DNA from: Deltaproteobacteria bacterium
Lineage (GTDB): Bacteria > Myxococcota_A > Polyangia > Polyangiales > Houyiibacteriaceae
Assembly: GCA_034670305.1 (NCBI GenBank)
Contig: JAXMNT010000058.1
Coordinates: forward strand, 1-48,450
Reading direction: 5' to 3'
Length of the DNA stretch: 48,450 nt
Part shown: piece by piece, positions 45,813 to 48,450 of the stretch
How positions within the stretch are numbered: the first letter of the stretch is position 1
Layout of the letters: every line of letters starts with the position of its first letter
Notes under the pieces: model-generated
Databases searched by the model: none
The model's input: only the letters and a program-made list of their open reading frames with translations
What the model was told of the DNA's origin: nothing
Position numbers and translations under genes: made by a program

Positions 45813-46490
45813 GTGTGGACGCTTCCCGACGCCACGCGCCGGGCGATCGCGCGTCGGTGGACGGAGCGCATTCGGAGCGAACTGGAGGTCGGGTTGGCGT
45901 TCGCGGATCTGGCCGGGCGTTTGGCCGCCGTCGGCGCCGAGCCCGTGGTGGTCCAGCTCGCCGCAGACGCCGCGACCCAGGAGCGCGCCCATGCCGAACT
46001 CTGCCACCAGCTGGCCGAGCGCTATGGGGGAGAGACCGTCGCGCTGCCCTCGCTCGAGTCCTGGGCGCCGGTCGACTTCGGCTTCGCGGACGAGCGGCTC
46101 GAGGTCCTCTTCCAGGTCGCGGGCATGTGCTGCGTCAACGAGACGATCGCGGGCGTGTGGCTGCGCCATTGCGTGGGGCTGTCCGAGTCGCCCATCGCGC
46201 TGGCCGCACATCGGATGCACCTGCGCGAGGAGATCCTGCACGCGCGGGTCGGCTGGGCGCACCTCGCGTCGGACGCCGTCACGCCACCAATGCGCCAGCA
46301 GCTCTCGGGCCGTCTGGCGGAACTCGTGCAGGTGAACGCCGCGCAGTGGGTCCAAGCGGACAAGTACGTCGAGGAAGGGGTGCCCGGCCATGGGCAGCCG
46401 AGCCTCGAAGCATCCCGCGACGTGGTGCGCCGAGCCGTCGAAGAAGTCGTCGTGCCCGGCTTCGTGCACCTCGGTGTGCCGTACTCGTAG
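45813..46490 (+). CDS. Ferritin-like di-iron carboxylate protein
   Basis: Ligand pattern E (RSEL), ExxH (QERAH), E (CVNET), ExxH (EEILH) followed by A.VGW. The true start may be GTG 45788 with a frameshift near 45820. Confidence 0.8.
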   Translation: MWTLPDATRRAIARRWTERIRSELEVGLAFADLAGRLAAVGAEPVVVQLAADAATQERAHAELCHQLAERYGGETVALPSLESWAPVDFGFADERLEVLFQVAGMCCVNETIAGVWLRHCVGLSESPIALAAHRMHLREEILHARVGWAHLASDAVTPPMRQQLSGRLAELVQVNAAQWVQADKYVEEGVPGHGQPSLEASRDVVRRAVEEVVVPGFVHLGVPYS

Positions 46491-46516
46491 CGGGCAGCGG
46501 GCGTCGAAAGCGCCCT

Positions 46517-48226
46517 TCAGCAGCCGCCGTTGCCGCTGGTGGTCGTCGTGCCGCCGACGGATCCCAAACCGCCGACGAAGCTGTCGACGTCGGTCATGCA
46601 GAGGTCGGGGTTGTCGCGCACGATCAAGTCGCGGCCGACCGAGCCAAGCGTATCGAGGGCGTCCAAATCGAACAGGCTGGGGTTGCCCAAGATCTCCAGG
46701 TCGTTGGTCACGAGGGCGAGGTTGTTCATCCCGTCGAGCGACTCGAGTGCCGGGTTGCCGTCGATCTCGACGTTGCCCGCCCGGGTCATGCGTTCGAGCC
46801 CGCGCATGTCGACGAGCGACGCGTTCTCCACGATCCGGATCGTGAACACGGTGCCGTTGACCGGCAGTCCGCGGAGATCGAGCAGCACGCGGTTGCCGTC
46901 GAGAATGATCTCGTCGACCGCATCGACGCCGTCGAGCCCAGAGAGCGAACCGAGCTGGTCGTTCTTCGCGATGGTCATCGACCGCACCCGTCCTGTGAGT
47001 CCATCGAGCCCCGAGAGGTTGGTCAGCCCGGTGTCACTCAAGGTGATGCTGTTGCCGACCCGGGTCAGACCTGCGAGCCCCGACAGCGTCCGGAGCGAGG
47101 GACAGTTGTCGATGGTCAGGTTGCTCCCGATCTCCTGGAGCGTGGACATGGCGCTGAGGTCGTCGAGGATGGGTGCCCCTTGCAGTCGAAGAAACGACAG
47201 CTGGGTTTGCGCGGGAAGTCCGTCGAGCGAGGTCAGGACGTCGGCGTCCAGGATGGCGATCGCCTCCACCGACGTGAGGGCGGTGAGCCCCTCCAGTGTC
47301 GGCAACGACTCAACCCCAGCGATGGTCAGTGCGCCACCAATGGTCTCGAGGGTTTCGAGGCCCACCATCGAGTCGAGCAGAGGCACCCGGTCCAGAAGCA
47401 CCGAACCCTCGACGGTGGTGAGCGCCGGCATCGTCAGGTCGTCCAGCACCCAGTCGCGCACGATGTTCAGATCGCCACCGACCGTGTGCAGGGACTCGAG
47501 TCCACGCATCGACTCGAGCGCGAGGTGCCCCGCGACGAGCAGCTCGCCCTCCACTTCCTCCAGCGATGCGAGTCCATCCAGGGTGGTGAGCGAGGCGTTC
47601 TCTTCGATCGTGACCGCACTGAGCGTCCGCACGGCGCCGAGCCCACGCAGATTCGCCATGTCGCGGTGACCGCGCACTTCGAGCCGCCCACCGATCGACG
47701 CGACACCCCCGAGGCCATCCAGCGACACGAGCACGTCGTTGTTCTGCAGGACCAAGTCGCCAGGGATCTCCGTGACTCCGGCAAGCCCCACGAGCGACCC
47801 GAGCACACCGTTGTCCACCAAGCGCAGGTCGCCGCCGATCGACGCGAGTGCGCCGATCCCGCGGAGTCGCTCGAGACTGGTCCGCAAGATGTGGAGCGTC
47901 CCGTCGATGCCTTCGAGCGCAAACAGCGGCGCCAGGTCGGAGCCGACGTTGCCGTCCAGGGTCAAGTCTCCGCCGATGGACCGACACCCACGGAGCAGCT
48001 CCAGCTCCGCGCGGGTCGTCGCCGTGGCGTCTCCGGGACAGTCCCGCAGCACGACCGGTGCGTCTTCGCCCGACGGAGCGTCCTCGCCTGGCGCGTCGCG
48101 CCCGGGCGCGTCCATCGAACCGCCATCCAGTCCACCGCCGCCGGTGTCTGCGTCGGGCATCGATCCGCCGCCGCCGCCGCACGCCAGCACCAAGACACAC
48201 CCCGCCACCCCCAACGCTGTTTTCAC
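46517..48226 (-). CDS. Lipoprotein with tandem receptor-L-domain-like leucine-rich repeats
   Basis: VLAC lipobox, DAP stalk, then many ~25-aa L.GL..L..I.G.L.I..N..L.SL repeats with Cys caps. Confidence 0.87.
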   Translation of the reverse strand: MKTALGVAGCVLVLACGGGGGSMPDADTGGGGLDGGSMDAPGRDAPGEDAPSGEDAPVVLRDCPGDATATTRAELELLRGCRSIGGDLTLDGNVGSDLAPLFALEGIDGTLHILRTSLERLRGIGALASIGGDLRLVDNGVLGSLVGLAGVTEIPGDLVLQNNDVLVSLDGLGGVASIGGRLEVRGHRDMANLRGLGAVRTLSAVTIEENASLTTLDGLASLEEVEGELLVAGHLALESMRGLESLHTVGGDLNIVRDWVLDDLTMPALTTVEGSVLLDRVPLLDSMVGLETLETIGGALTIAGVESLPTLEGLTALTSVEAIAILDADVLTSLDGLPAQTQLSFLRLQGAPILDDLSAMSTLQEIGSNLTIDNCPSLRTLSGLAGLTRVGNSITLSDTGLTNLSGLDGLTGRVRSMTIAKNDQLGSLSGLDGVDAVDEIILDGNRVLLDLRGLPVNGTVFTIRIVENASLVDMRGLERMTRAGNVEIDGNPALESLDGMNNLALVTNDLEILGNPSLFDLDALDTLGSVGRDLIVRDNPDLCMTDVDSFVGGLGSVGGTTTTSGNGGC

Positions 48227-48321
48227 GCGCCAAGCATAGCCGCTTTCTCACCGTTCCGGAGTGCCGCTCCCTTACAACTGCACCCGCCCCGCGGCGCAGT
48301 CGACGAGGCTCACGAGACCGG

Positions 48322-48402
48322 CTGGCAGGTTGCTGAAGAACGCCCGCAGGGCGTTCTCGCAGCCTGCCCCTTGCCCCTGCCCTTGCCTTTGCCCTTGCCC
48401 GC
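48322..48402 (-). repeat. (GGGCAA)n plus hairpin element, copy 2
   Basis: ggcaggttgc-tga-agaacgccc-gca-gggcgttct-c-gcagcctgcc hairpin followed by (ttgccc)n. Confidence 0.7.
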
Positions 48403-48405
48403 GGA

Positions 48406-48450
48406 TCAGCGGTCAGATCGCTTGATCAGCGCGACGAGCATCGCGACGAC
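48406..48450 (-). CDS. 3' end of a gene entering from the right (partial)
   Basis: Reads VVAMLVALIKRSDR* (hydrophobic then basic), stop at 48406-48408. Confidence 0.4.
   Translation of the reverse strand, partial: VVAMLVALIKRSDR

Noticed and set aside
59-48402. Whole window as a composite transposon bounded by inverted elements
   Set aside because: The copies are diverged, no transposase is present and the interior holds core genes; a dispersed repeat family is the simpler explanation.

Overview
High-GC chromosomal window that looks myxobacterial (Polyangiales/Sandaracinaceae-like; inferred from gene content and Asp-Ala/Ser-Gly-rich lipoproteins). Housekeeping genes: uvrC, zapA, 5-formyl-THF cyclo-ligase, purine nucleoside phosphorylase plus a deaminase, bamD, and a LysR/TauE pair. 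Envelope and signalling genes: two DUF1592/DUF1552 pairs, TPR proteins, a probable Ser/Thr pseudokinase, a STAND ATPase, and lipoproteins with disintegrin-like, beta-helix or receptor-L repeats. No rRNA, tRNA, CRISPR array, integrase or transposase was recognised. Best leads: (1) a short lipoprotein-like ORF with a microsatellite stalk and a Cys/hydrophobic tail, apparently translationally coupled to a di-iron ferritin-like enzyme (possible peptide-modification pair); (2) a ~236-bp structured non-coding tandem repeat upstream of bamD; (3) a 28-aa membrane peptide with its own sigma54-type promoter and RBS; (4) a (GGGCAA)n-plus-hairpin element present in opposite orientations near both window ends; (5) zapA-ygfA with no room for the usual 6S RNA. 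All calls come from reading motifs by eye; no searches were run and many start codons are estimates.
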